64,000 nt of DNA from NCBI RefSeq assembly GCF_006345805.1, contig NC_043003.1, positions 27,218,001 to 27,282,000 on the forward strand, written 5' to 3'. Both the position numbers and the translations under genes were made by a program. Origin of the DNA: Octopus sinensis. Lineage: Eukaryota. Of the stretch, positions 15,018 to 27,499 are shown piece after piece. Under the pieces are notes generated by a model. It was not told where the DNA came from, did not search any database, and saw only the letters and a list, made by a program, of their open reading frames with translations. Position 1 is the first letter of the stretch. Every line of letters starts with the position of its first letter.

Positions 15018-15489
15018 CAAAATGGGACAAGAATGCAAAACATCCGGACAACTAGGTGATACAAAAAGGGACAACAAAACATCCAGATAGACGATACAAC
15101 GAAAACAAGGACGGGTCATTCAAAGTTTTCTATCTTTAGTCAAGAACCAGATTATCCACGCAATTTCGGCGGCTGATTATTCTCATATATATATATATAT
15201 AATTAAAAAGTGATATGATTTTAAGAAAAACACGCGTCTTCTTGAGTTAGAAGAGGATACACCTTTCTCCACCTGTAAAATATCTCAAAATATCAAATGC
15301 TACTATTATTTCTGTTTGCTTTTTTTTGCTGTTTTTGTTTTGTTTAAGGTCGTCATTTTCGTCATGTTATTCGTTGTGGTAGAAGTGGTCGTCGTAGTAA
15401 TGGTAATGATAGTAGCAGTAGTGGTGCTGATGGTGGTGGTTGTGATAGCAGACGTGACTGTGTTATTACTCTTATTGTTGCTGCTGCTA

Positions 15490-16614
15490 TTATGGGGAAC
15501 TGAAAAACCGGAAAGGAGATTTTAAAGGAGCTTTATCAAAGACAAATGAAGGAAATGGATTGTATTTAAATAGCAAGCAATCTGGCTCGAATATTTCTTT
15601 CAGTTTTAATTTTATTTCGTCCGGGATATCCTGATAAGCTTCCCTTAAAGCCATCTTTCGATTTTCAGAAAGATTCGCATCAGTATTTACAGAATGTTGA
15701 TGCTTTTGTATTAAAGAAGTCAAAAATTCTTGCTTCGTAATATTTAGCCAATTTTCCGGGGAATAAGGGAAATTTATGTGAATACTTATGAGACCTTTTA
15801 TTTGAAGTTTGCGCCAAGTCTTTTGTGCTGCGTTGTAAGGATCGTAGCAAGGGTTTTTCGAGTTGCTATCACTTGAAAATAAAATATGTGCAGCGTCCGT
15901 CAACTCATCCAAAACACTGGCGCTTTTCGCTTTCTGAATTAAATATTTGTGATTTGATAGACCAATGAAAACCATCATTTTTTCGGCATCGTTCTGAAAG
16001 CTTTCGAGCTTCCCAATAAAATCGTATTTTATCAGACACGGCTTACAATGAGTATACATAGGCATAAAGTGACCATCTGTGTTAAGTCCATTCGTGATTG
16101 TCTTCACGAAATAGGTTACAAATTCGGCAAACGTGACATTATTGTAGCATTTTCTTTGAGGTTGATTGTTTGCGTTTGAAACTTTCCGTAGAATCAACTG
16201 CCAACGACTGCTCCTTGCAAACAACTTGTCGACGAATGCAGATAACAATCGTGAATAGGGTTCACGGACGAAAATTATTTTTTTGTAGTTCTTCAAAATA
16301 TTTTCTATTTGTCTGAACGACATCTGGGAGAATCTTTCATTTGGTAACCCGTGGGCGTCCCCTAGTGTGATTTCGAATGGGTCTTTTAGATTGTGTTTAT
16401 TGTTGCTAAAGAAATACAACAGTCTTTTGAAGAAGGAGCAGCCAACCTTTTCTATGAGACAATTAATGAACTCATGGCGCGTATTGACATATATATGACT
16501 GTGAAAAATGAACTTGTTGTTATATCCGTAGTATTTACTAGTGTCGTTCTGGCATACTGCATAAATGTTTTCTTTCAGCTCTCTTTGACGGTCTGCATTA
16601 TTCTGTTGCATCAC
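15490..16614 (-). CDS. Carbohydrate sulfotransferase catalytic terminal exon B (paralogue of exon A)
   Basis: Open frame of 375 codons after acceptor TTTTTTTTAG|GTG (phase 0). Motifs: CLIEKVGCSFFKR, IFVREPYSRLLSAFVDK, GHFMPMYTHCKPCLIKYDFIGKLE, DCLLFKY. No TM segment in the exon. Confidence 0.93.
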   Translation of the reverse strand: MMQQNNADRQRELKENIYAVCQNDTSKYYGYNNKFIFHSHIYVNTRHEFINCLIEKVGCSFFKRLLYFFSNNKHNLKDPFEITLGDAHGLPNERFSQMSFRQIENILKNYKKIIFVREPYSRLLSAFVDKLFARSSRWQLILRKVSNANNQPQRKCYNNVTFAEFVTYFVKTITNGLNTDGHFMPMYTHCKPCLIKYDFIGKLESFQNDAEKMMVFIGLSNHKYLIQKAKSASVLDELTDAAHILFSSDSNSKNPCYDPYNAAQKTWRKLQIKGLISIHINFPYSPENWLNITKQEFLTSLIQKHQHSVNTDANLSENRKMALREAYQDIPDEIKLKLKEIFEPDCLLFKYNPFPSFVFDKAPLKSPFRFFSSP

Positions 16615-16668
16615 CTAAAAAAAACATATTTTATAATAATAATAATGATGATCTTAAATTTTGGAACA

Positions 16669-16782
16669 GGCCAGTAATTTCGAGGGAAGGGGTTAGCTGA
16701 TTACATCGACCCCAGCGCTCAACTGGTACTTATTTTAGCGACCCCAAAAGGATGAAATCAAAGTCGACTCGTTTGTGAATGC
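16669..16782 (-). mobile_element. SINE family B fragment
   Basis: GTCGACTTTGATTTCATCCTTTTGGGGTCG.TAAAATAAGTACCAGTT central domain. Confidence 0.7.
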
Positions 16783-17015
16783 TGATTATGGTTATGCTTT
16801 TGTATGTGTGTCTCTGTGTATGTGTAAACAAGTTTAAATCTAAGTCAGAATAATAGAATTTTGGCACAGAAAATTGAAAATGTACGGTTATGAAGGTCAT
16901 CCCTATACAGAATAATGAAGCCTGGAGAAAGCCAATTTTAAATTTGGACAACAGACAGGTACTTTCATACAATTCACTGTTATCTAAAATAATTTAAGTT
17001 AACAGCACTGTTAAA

Positions 17016-17209
17016 TATTGTAAATAGATGTACTCCATAAGTTTGAAACACTTTTCTCCATACGACTATTTGATCGATATAGTGGAATACTCGATTCCTC
17101 ACACGTTATTTTTTAACGGGTTGATCGAGCAGAGTATTCAACCACTACGATCAAATAGTCCTATGGCGCAAAGTGTTCCAAGCTTATGGAGTATTTGTAT
17201 CTACAATAT
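17016..17209. repeat. Imperfect palindrome / fold-back element
   Basis: TACTCCATAAGTTTGAAACACTTT...GACTATTTGATCG pairs with CGATCAAATAGTC...AAAGTGTTCCAAGCTTATGGAGTA. Confidence 0.75.
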
Positions 17210-17582
17210 GTTCTGTTATGTTTGCGAAGGATAGTTAACGATTCCCTATAGCACAATTTACAAATACCGATATTTGCATTGTATAAGGGATTCTGACTTA
17301 CGATGGATTAGGATAGGGTATAGGGAACATTTTGGGATTTGAGGTTTTGTACATATGTTGCTAAGGAGGTAAATAATTTAAATTTTCGATTGTCGTTTGT
17401 ACTCTGTTGGATCCATTAATATAAACATCTATATATTTATACTTAGATATTCATCGTCTGAAATTCCCTACTTTTGTTTTCTCTCGTTTTGCATGTATAC
17501 ATATATACAGATTTTGTATCTCATACCCAGACTATTATAGTTAATATATCTAATTTGTTTTTCCGCCTAATTGCTTCTATAT

Positions 17583-17939
17583 CCGTTCAAGTGATGCAAT
17601 TGTGGCATCTTGGGCAAGTGTCTTCTGCTATAGCCCCGGGCCGACCAATGCCTTGTGAGTGGATATGGCAGACGGAAACTGAAAGAAGCCTGTCGTATAT
17701 ATGTATATGTATATGTATATGTATGTGTGTGTTTGTGTCTGTGTTTGTCCCCCTAGCATTGCTTGACAACCGATGCTGGTGTGTTTACGTCCCCGTAACT
17801 TAGCGGTTCGGCAACAGAGACCGATAGAATAAGTACTAGGCTTACAAAGAATAAGTCCTAGGGTTGATTTGCTCGACTAAAGGCGGTGCTCCAGCATGGC
17901 CACAGTCAAATGACTGAAACAACTAAAAGAGTAAAAGAG

Positions 17940-17940
<1 letters not shown>
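17583..17940 (+). mobile_element. SINE family A copy (head degraded)
   Basis: TTGGGCAAGTGTCTTC...AAAGAAGCCTGTCG...CAGCATGGCCACAGTCAAATGACTGAAAC. Confidence 0.85.
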
Positions 17941-17978
<38 letters not shown>

Positions 17979-19543
17979 GAAAATGGATGCGTGTGTTCAA
18001 TCATATAATAATATAAATAATATATAAATATAAATGAATACATACATGCATATATGTACATAAATATATGATAAACCCATTGGGTTATTTAGGAAAACTT
18101 TATCCAAAAACCTGAAAGCGTAGCCTGTATTGTCTCTGTATGGAAAGATAGTTGCTCATCTGCTACTCATTATAAAGTGAAAGAAAATAGAATGCTATGA
18201 TTTCTTAATGACTTTATATATATATTATATATACTTTATGCACTTAATACACACCACTCATATAATACTGATAAAATAAACATTCACTCTTATTTTTCCA
18301 TTTTTTCCATAATCGAAAAAGAAATATCCTCTACATATGATACAACCTTTATTTAAATTGCATTTATCTGCTACGTAAATAAACGTGAATATTTCACGGA
18401 ATTGCACTTATGTGCATGCATTAAGGGGTGGGTGATACAAAAACAAAACTTAGTTCAATTTTAAAATGCACTTTTCACTATCGAGTCCCCACCACCACCA
18501 TCTTGAGTGCTACCATCTCCATCCCCACTACCGCCACCACTACCATCATCATCCCTCTCTCTCCCTCTCTCTCAATCACTCTCTCTCCCATTCTCTCCCT
18601 CTCTCTCTCTCCCTCTCTCTCTCTCTCGCTCTTCACCTTATCCTCTTTTTCGCTCTCCTTTTTCTTCCTCCTCTCTTTCTTTTCAACTAGTAATGTGAAA
18701 GCTTTACAATTTTCTTTTTCCCTCTTTTTTCTCCAATCACGTGAAAGCGTTACCGACGGTCTAAGTAACGCAATGACAAGCAGAATTATCATACGATTAC
18801 GTATGTGTGTGTGTGTGCCATATGCACTTATGCGATCATGTGAGCGTCTATATGTGTGTGGGGAGGGTGTGTGGATGCATGTATATTTTTGTATTTATTC
18901 TAAGAACCTTAAATGTAAATCTTTTAGAATGTTCGATTTAGAAGATAAGAGTCAGTTGCTGTGTTCTGTCTTGGAATACCCCAACATTTTCGTATTTTCA
19001 GGTTTCTTTCATATGAATCACTTATTAGATTGGACAGTCAACACCTAATAAAACAGATCCGGAATTTTTTTCACGTAATTTGACCAGCTCATGTTTTCTG
19101 GATACAACTTGTTTTCATATAGAAAATAAAAGCGATCATTTATTTCAGTTTTGGAATTTGTTCAATATGAATTATTTATAAATGCATGAATGAGTAATTG
19201 CCTTTAATAAGTTACTGAAATTAATCGATTATGTATTTAAATTGATAAAAGGAACTTAATTTCTTTTAAAATGTGTTAAAGTATACGTGCAGAGTCCACT
19301 GGTGGTGTTCTGTCATGGCGACATTGTATTATTTTTGATATTTTAAAAGTGTTCTTTCAGATAGTTTAGTGAGTGGAGGTGTGTGTATGTGTGTATGTCT
19401 ATGCGCGTGAACGCTTATGTGTGTACGTGTGTGTATCTGCATGTGTGTGCGTGTACATATATAATTAGTTTGTAGGTTTGTGAGGATAGGTTAAAAAATG
19501 GAGATACACGTATGTATACATGTATGCATATTCACGTATTCAT

Positions 19544-20704
19544 TTAGACATCGTCAAAGTTAAAATACGTAATGGGGCCTGTTGAGATGCGTTTATCGGA
19601 ATCAAATATGATGTCCGGTTTGAACGGATAATCCCATAATTCACATTCAGTGCTGAATAGTTTTGCGAGATCTTCCAAGTCTTTCTGCGGTACTGAATAA
19701 TACGCTTCCAAATATGAAAATTTCCGTGCTTTATGACAATCTGGTTCACTAGAAGATTTCTTGTTGTATTTCGTTAAAATTGAAAGAAACTGAGTTTTGT
19801 TAAGGGACAATAATTCTTTTTTTGTTATTGTCAAATTAAATTTGTAACTGATAAGTCCTTTGATTTGAAGTTTGCGCCACAAACGCCGCGTGATGTTATG
19901 TATATCGAAGCATGGGTTTTCGTTAAAACGTTTATTATTTTTAACGCTAAATACTATATCGGCAACGTCCTTGAGTTCATCTTTGATACTTCCAGTTTCT
20001 ATCTCATCCAAGGTAGATTGGTATTTTACATGAAGCTCACTGAACAAAGTTGCTGCGTCTGTTTTGAAATTTTCAAGCTTTCCAATGAAATCATATTTCG
20101 CTGAACACGGATTACTCAAGAAGTGTATCGGCATAAAATGACTATCTACGGATTTACCTTCAGATATTTCAGACACAAGAAAACGTACAACGTCAGTAAA
20201 TCTAGTGTCAGTGCCACATTTCTTTGATTTGTCTGGAGCTGAAGGTCTAACTTTGTTAATTATACGCTTAGACAAAAAATCCCAATAGTCGTAACGCGAG
20301 AAAATCTTATCGACGTAACCAGAGAATAAACGCTTGTAAGGATCGCGGACAAATAAAGCGAATTTATATTCTCTTTGAACTTCTTCCAGTTGTTTTGCCG
20401 TTAACTTGTTGGTAGTGTTCAATGGAAGCACGTGGGCATCATATAACGAATAAATAAAGGGGCTGGAAATAGATTTATTACTGCCAATGAAATACAAGAA
20501 ACGCTTTAAAAACGAACAACCGGTTTTAGGGAGGACACACGTGACAAATTTGTACTTCGATATGATGATAGACGATTGCAAATAAGTATTGTTTCTGTAG
20601 CCATTGTAACGGGAGAAATCTTTTGAGCACAGACTCTGAACGTTCTCTTTTATATCGATAGGAGCCGGAGTCGATTCAACTGACACAACGATCGAAGATT
20701 TCGT
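19544..20704 (-). CDS. Carbohydrate sulfotransferase catalytic terminal exon A (Sulfotransfer_2, CHST8-14/HNK-1ST-like)
   Basis: Open frame of 387 codons after acceptor TTTTAATTTTCAG|ACG (phase 0). Motifs: 5'-PSB CVLPKTGCSFLKR, 3'-PB LFVRDPYKRLFSGYVDK, SHFMP..NPCSAKYDFIGKLE, C-terminal ECELWDY. AATAAA at 19144-19139. Confidence 0.93.
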   Translation of the reverse strand, partial: TKSSIVVSVESTPAPIDIKENVQSLCSKDFSRYNGYRNNTYLQSSIIISKYKFVTCVLPKTGCSFLKRFLYFIGSNKSISSPFIYSLYDAHVLPLNTTNKLTAKQLEEVQREYKFALFVRDPYKRLFSGYVDKIFSRYDYWDFLSKRIINKVRPSAPDKSKKCGTDTRFTDVVRFLVSEISEGKSVDSHFMPIHFLSNPCSAKYDFIGKLENFKTDAATLFSELHVKYQSTLDEIETGSIKDELKDVADIVFSVKNNKRFNENPCFDIHNITRRLWRKLQIKGLISYKFNLTITKKELLSLNKTQFLSILTKYNKKSSSEPDCHKARKFSYLEAYYSVPQKDLEDLAKLFSTECELWDYPFKPDIIFDSDKRISTGPITYFNFDDV

Positions 20705-21014
20705 CTGAAAATTAAAAGCAGAAAATATATATATATATATATATATAATATAAGCATATTAATAGATGTTTGATAATGCAAGTACATATACAAATGGTGG
20801 CTCAAAAAACTTTTCATATAATGTGTGTGTCTGTGTGTATGTGCGTGCACGTGTGTGCGTGTGTGCGTGCATGAGTATGTATATATATATACACGCATAT
20901 ATATGTGTGTGTATATATATACATATATATATATATACACACACACTATGTGTGTATATGTGTGTGTGTATGTGCGTGCGTGCATATATCCGATAACGGA
21001 ATACATCAAATTTA

Positions 21015-21851
21015 TTACACTAGCAGAGAATCTTGGATTTGGTCATTCACCCGTTCATCGACACCTACATGCCATCGTAAAAATCTGAAAATTGAGTCAA
21101 TGTGTTCCTCACAAATTTCCCGAGTCTAATCGCTCTCAGAGAGTGAATCTGTGCTCTTCTTTGTTGTCACGTCTCACGAATGAACCTTTTTTGGACAGAA
21201 TAGTGACTGGTGACGGGAAATGAGTTCTCTATAAAAATGTCAAGCACTGGAGACAGTGGGTAGGGAAAGGAGAAACACCGGCATCCCAGGCTAAAGATGG
21301 TCTTCACCCACCTAAGATGTTATCTGTTTGGTGGGATATGAAGAGTTACGTCCACTTTGACCTTTTAAACTCAAACCAAACGGTGACAAAGGAGATCTCT
21401 GTGAGCAGCTTGAGCGGCTTAAGTCAGCGCTAGAAGCAAAACCACTAACTTTGATTTCAAGACGAAGGGTGTTCTTCCATCAGTATAATGCTTAACCACA
21501 TACAGCGCGGATGACATTTCAAAAGCTGAAGCAGTTTGAATGGGAAACGATGCCCCACCCACCATATTCGCCGGACATTGCCCCAACTGATTATTATTTA
21601 TTCTGCAGACTTCAAAACCATTTGGACAGAAAAAAATATGAACTCTGTAGACTAGGTCAGAACATTACTGGAGGAGTATTTTCCGTCGCGGACAAGTGAA
21701 TTTTGGAAGAGGAGCCTTGCAAGTCTACCAGGCAGATGACAGAGCATTGCAGAAAATGAAGGAGTGTATATTTTAGATTAAAAGGAACTTTGTTTATCTT
21801 AATTTTGAAAACGAAGTATAAAAACAGCATTATTTATGGAATGACCCAATA
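21015..21851 (+). mobile_element. Decayed mariner transposon (3' two-thirds plus TIR)
   Basis: VPHKF...FLDRIVTGDGK, WWDMK, PHPPYSPDIAPTDYYLF. Terminal ATTATTTATGGAATGACCCAATA. Confidence 0.88.
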
Positions 21852-21999
21852 CTGTATATATTCATCTGTCTAACTTGCTTATCCATACATTTACTTCTAT
21901 AGCCACACAAGTTTAGATCTTTTGAGTACTACTAAGTGTATTCCAAACGGAGAGTATCTGATTCTCATCTATGAACTATATATGTGTGTGTGTGTATAT

Positions 22000-22038
<39 letters not shown>

Positions 22039-22071
22039 TATGTAAATATGTGGCAATTATTTGGTAGCCAT

Positions 22072-22132
22072 GATAAAACTCCGAGTTTCGGATGCCGAGG
22101 TGGAAATCCACGCCGCCATCTCTCCAGTAATC
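22072..22132 (-). ncRNA. Decayed hammerhead-like motif
   Basis: GATTA-CTGGAGA-long hairpin (GATG..GTGG ATTT CCAC..CATC)-C-GAAA-CTCGGAG-TT-TTATC. The core has an A6G change. Confidence 0.35.
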
Positions 22133-22401
22133 CGGCCATCGGAAAAATGTTATGAAAAATGAGTTATACAAAGGGAAATTACTGGGTGATTGACCGTTAT
22201 TAAGACAAAAGAGCTATTTGAATGACCGCTAAGTGAGGGGAGGGAGTAAAAATAAGGGGGTAAAAAGCTCATAGTATTCGCGTAAGCGCGTATGTTCATA
22301 CCTACACATGCGCACCCGCACACCCACGTGCGTGCGCGAATACTATGAACTTTTTTACTTACTTTTACTTCCTCCCTTCACTTATCGGTCATTTAAATAG
22401 C

Positions 22402-22778
22402 TCTTTTACTTGTTTCAGTCATTTGACTGTGGCCATGCTGGAGCACCGCTTTTTTGTTGAACAAATCGACTCCAGGACTTATTCGTTTGTAAGCCTAGTA
22501 CTTATTCTATCGATATCTTTGACGAACCACTAGTTACGGGGACGCAAATACACCAGCATCGGTTGTCAAGCGATGTTGGGGGGGACAAACACAGATACAC
22601 AAGCATACACACACATATACATATACATTTATATACATATATACGACGGGTTTCTTTCAGTTCCGTCTACCAAATCCACTCACAAGGCTTTGGTCGGCCC
22701 GAGGCTATAGTAGAAGACACTTGGCCAAGGTGCCACGCAGTGGAACTGAACCCGGAACCACACAGCCACTCCTACGCC
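22402..22778 (-). mobile_element. SINE family A copy with a short head deletion
   Basis: Same family; lacks the segment between the A and B boxes. Confidence 0.85.
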
Positions 22779-22789
22779 TATAGTAAGCA

Positions 22790-23502
22790 GGAATTTGACA
22801 AAATTAAGGACATAAGGAAGTTGACAAATTAAGTAAATAGGAATTTCACAAATTAAGTAAATAAGGAGTTTGAGGAATTAAGTATATAACGAATTTGAGA
22901 AATTAAGTAAATAAGGGATTTGAAAAATTAATTGAATAAGGAATTTGACAAATTTAGTAAAGAAGGAATTTGAGAAATCAAGTAGATAAGGAACTTGACA
23001 AATTAAGTAAATACAGAATTTAAGAAATTAAATAAGGTATTTCACAAATTAAGTAAATAAGGAATTTGAGAAATTAAGTACATAAGGAATTTGAGAATTT
23101 AAATAAATAAGGAATTTGAGAAATTAAGTAAATACGGAATTTGACAAAATTAAGGAAATAAGAAATTTGACAAATTAAGTAAAGAGGAAGTTCACAAATT
23201 AAGCAAATAAAGAATTTGACAAATTAAGTTAATAAGGAATTTGACAAAATTAAGAAAATAAGGATGTTGACAAAATTAAGTAAACATAAATTTGACAAAT
23301 TAAGTAAATAATGTATTTGACAAATCAAGTAAATACGGAATTTGACAAATTAAGTAAACAGGAATTTGACAAATCAAGTAAATAGGAAACTGACAAATTA
23401 AGTAAATAAGGAAGTTGATGAATCAAGTTAATAGGGAATTTGGTAAATTAAGTAAATAAGTAATTTGACAAATTGAATAAATAGTAATTTGACAAATTAA
23501 GT
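22790..23502. repeat. 25-bp minisatellite, about 28 copies
   Basis: Consensus GGAATTTGACAAATTAAGTAAATAA. Confidence 0.9.
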
Positions 23503-23519
23503 ACCTTACCGTACCTTAC

Positions 23520-26500
23520 CTTACACCTGTATACTGTCTCCTTAATTTTGCAGTTAGATTCAAGCGAACATAATCTATTGGTTGCATAATCACATTCTTT
23601 ATCTCTAACTCTATTTTTTATATATTCTTTTCCTCCCAGATTATTTATATTCTTATGTTTGCTCCGTATATCTTCTAATTTAAATTCCCTTTTTAATTTT
23701 CATAAATTTTAATATCACATTCCAATATATTATTATTCACAATATCTTTATGATTTTTGTCTGAAGTCTTTCAATATAATGTCTGGCCTGTTCGCATCTA
23801 TCTTTCTGTCAGTTTGAACGGTGAAGTTCCTGAGGTGTGAGATGTGATCATTTTCAAGCACTGGAGATGGTTTGTGTTCCCACCAGTTTTATCATGGGAC
23901 ACGTCTAGGTTTTTGCAAATTACCCAGTGAATATATTGTACTGTTCTATCATGCCTGTTGAGATACTCTATAGGCACAAAAAGACTGCATCTGGAGATAT
24001 GATAAATAGTTTCATTTTGTTGTTGAGATACACGACATGTTGGGCTACTGTCGTGATTTAATATGTTGGCCTGTAGTTCCTTCTAGATAGGAATTGATCT
24101 TGGGCTGCTATGATAAACCCTTCTGTTTCTGATTTTAAGCCAGAAGACACTAACCATTGGTGGGTAAGGGCTTTGTCGACATCGGCATTATTAGCTCTCT
24201 TTTGGGTATTTGCCATTGAGAGGTTTTTCTTGCCATTTATCAGTAAGAATTTCTAAGGCAGCAGTAGTAGCACGGGTTTTAATACTCTTAGCTTTTTCTG
24301 TGCTTGTTGTTTGTAGTACGTCTAATTCTGGGATTTGTCGTATTTGGAATTCCACTTAGATATTCCTTTGCCTGTTGTGTTACTAAGTGGGACGCTTCCT
24401 TGTTTTCATGCTTTAAGACAAGTTTTAACATCCAGTCATCAGAGTTTTTCGGGTAGGTGTTTTAGCCAGCTGTGGCAATCTTCATTGTTAATTCCAGTTG
24501 TAAAAGTCCACGGCCACCCTCTTTTCTTGGCAGGTAAAGTCGTTCTATATCTGCTTTGGGTGGTGCATTCTATGCATTGTCAGCAATTTTCGTATTTTCT
24601 GTAAAGCTTACATATTTCAGTAATTGACCAGTTAATGATATTGAAACTGTATGTTACGACCGGTATGGCTAAAGTATTAATCGCTCTGATCATGTTTCTT
24701 GCATTCAGCTGTCTTGAACATTGCCCTTACCCTGCGATAACATTCTCTTCTGATCGTTTCCCTCGTCATTGAATGTTAGATTCCATCCCCTAAAATACCC
24801 CTAGGTATTTGTAGCTCTCCGCTGGTTCTAACTCCTTTATGACATTCTGCTGGTCATGATTAACGTTGGATGTTATCACTGAATTGTTTAACAATTGCTA
24901 ATAAGCCCTGTAGTTGTTGGTCATTTTTTGCAGAGAGCTTTAAATCATCCATGTAAAAGAGATGATTTATATTTTATCAAACACTAGCAGTATTGCCCGG
25001 CTCGTGCGCTCGTGCGTTCTATGCACGCGCGAATTAAGCTAAACTTGGATGAAGTTCAATCAAAATTCAATTATTTTGGTTTTAGAATCAAGCATTTAAT
25101 GCCCTCTATTTTTGCGCTTATGTGTTCCATTTCCTCAATAGGAAAACGAAGAAGCGTTTCATAAACTTTTGTTGATCAAATAATTGCATTGTTGAATTAT
25201 TCTTTTAGATCAGTATTTCTCAACGGGGATTTCAGGGGATTTCAGGGAGTCGCTGGCGATATATCGTGATGATCAAATATCCGGCCAGTCATCCATGTAA
25301 AAGAGATGATTTATATTTTATCAAACACTAGCAGTATTGCCCGGCTCGTGCGCTCGTGCGTTCTATGCACGCGCGAATTAAGCTAAACTTGGATGAAGTT
25401 CAATCAAAATTCAATTATTTTGGTTTTAAAATCAAGCATTTAATGCCCTCTATTTTTGCGCTTATGTGTTCCATTTCCTCAATAGGAAAACGAAGAAGCG
25501 TTTCACAAATTTTTGTTGATCAAATAATTGCATTGTTGAATTATTCTTTTAGATCAGTATTTCTCAACGGGGATTTCAGGGGGTTTCAGGGAATCGCTGG
25601 CGATATATCGTGATGATCAAATATCCGGCCAGCTAAAATTTGGTTAAAGTGATTCAAACTGCAGACTCAACGCAAAATGGTCACATTTAATTCAAAGCGT
25701 TAAAAATGTTATGAAAACAATTGGTATGTGTTCACAAAGTCCAAACGATTAATACGAAAAAACCCTCCAGGCTACATCCCGAAAATTAATTTTATTGCCG
25801 AATTTCTACAATGTTTACGGCGATTCGTTTTTATATCTTGATTTTTTTTATTTTTCATGCAATTTACGCATGCTTGCACGCGTGGTGAACACAGTTCACG
25901 TCAAACAGCTTACTGAGTAAAGTTCCCTATTCAATGCATGGGATAAGGCCTAAACAAACACATTATCGATTTTTGCACTTGCGAGATGAATTTCGGAACA
26001 GAAATAGCGCAGTTCAATATTCATTCGCCTAAACTTTAAGTGACCCATTTTTGGTGGTTCTACGATTTGTTGGCTAGGAGGAGATGTGCCGGGAAGTTAA
26101 ACACACAGACACACACACAGATATACACACAAACACACAAGTTGAGTTTTATATATATAGATTTTGTAGCCATATTGAACATCATCGAACAATTTCGAGA
26201 GAGTTATTAAGGTTAGACAAAAGAAGAGTAGTGATAGAGAGTCACCCTGGAAAATGCCACATGAAATTCTTACATTTCCAACATTAAGAGATTCATTGTC
26301 ACTGTTCAAAGTCAGTGTGGTTCTCCATGACCTCGCACTTACAGACAAGACGTTTCGCAGAGTAGGCGTTATTTTATACATTTCCAAACATTTCTTAATC
26401 CAGCTATATGTTAGACTATCAAAAACTTATTTTATAGTCTACCCAGGCTTTCAATAAGCTTTTGTGACGTTAGGGACAATCTTCCAAGATCATCTTATTG

Positions 26501-27490
26501 ATGAGTAGCTGATCTTTACAACCATAGTACCCACGTTTACATCCTTTTTGCTCATTAGGGAATATGCCACTTCCTATTAAAAAACTATAGGTACATTCAG
26601 TCATGACAGATCTTAGTATTTTATACACTGTTGTTAAGCAGATTAGGGGTCAAAAAATTTTTTGGTTCATTTCTTTCTTCATTTTTTGGGAAGTAAGAAT
26701 GTAACACCATTCACTATCCACGAGGGAATTATACTCGTTTGTTGCAAAACATTGTTATAAAGTGTTGTTAGCAGTTGATGACTCTCTGGGAAGGTATTCA
26801 ACCAGAAGTTAGGAATTTTATCCTTTCCTGGAGACTTCCATTTGCATGACTTCCTGAAAGCAGATCTTACATCCTCTACCTTGATACCTTCCCACTTTTG
26901 CTCTTCTAAGGAGTCTAAGTCAGTAGATAGTCTATCAATCCAAGGGGCCTTTTTATTGTGTGATATTTCTTCTGCCCAAATTTTATTCCAGACTTCCTGC
27001 ACTTCTTTTTGATGGGATAGACTTTACTGTGAATAGTATTTTCCCTATCAGTAAAAAGTTTGGGGTTTATTTTTGAACATGTTGTCCTTGAAGAAACTAA
27101 AGCGCTTTTCATACCGTGCTATGTGGGCAGCTTTAGCACATACCTTTTGCTTGATAGTTTCTATGGTGGTATCGATGGAAGGAATTCCAACCACGTTTCG
27201 TGGTTCGCTAGCTCAACAGCTCCTTTATAAGATCCAATGGCTAAAGACATCATTAGGAGGAACCACGCCCGGTTTCGAGTCCTACTCCTCTACCATTTTC
27301 GACGTGGCGGAACCTCACTTTCGGAGGTGTCTTCAGCTCTGGTGTTGAGTGCGTTTCTTCTTTCTCCTTTTTTTTCCTTCTGTTCTTTGGTTTCTTCGAT
27401 GCAGCGTCGACGAATGTCAGCGGATGACTGACCATCCTGCCAAATTTCCCCTTAAATACTCGCCAGTAGACACCAGTAGCCAGCACAAGC
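23520..27490 (-). mobile_element. Decayed R4/Dong-type (RLE) non-LTR retrotransposon, split by a Helitron
   Basis: KQKVCAKAAHIARYEKR, WKSPGKDKIPNFW, GIFQGDSLS, NHLFYMDDLKL, RLYLPRKEGGRGL, then a CCHC/RHD region and RPDIILKD. Confidence 0.85.
24984..26161 (-). mobile_element. Non-autonomous Helitron with a tandemly duplicated 3' end
   Basis: 5' TCTATATATA and 3' GC-rich hairpin plus CTAG, inserted at A|T with no TSD. Removing it restores the R4 sequence GGCTACAAAA|TGTTTGAT (GYKMFD). Confidence 0.85.
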
Positions 27491-27499
27491 TAACTATCA

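Noticed and set aside
17302-17457. 156-nt exon-like segment (CAG...GTAAGT) upstream of exon B
   Set aside because: It has stops in all three frames, and the most open frame is phase 2, incompatible with the phase-0 acceptor.
18478-18792. MIILLVIALL... ORF as a private anchor exon for exon B
   Set aside because: The hydrophobic stretch is too short, there is no preceding basic tail or good donor, and it runs into GA/GGT repeats.
22790-23502. CRISPR-like array
   Set aside because: The repeats are contiguous with no unique spacers, there are no cas genes, and the context is eukaryotic.
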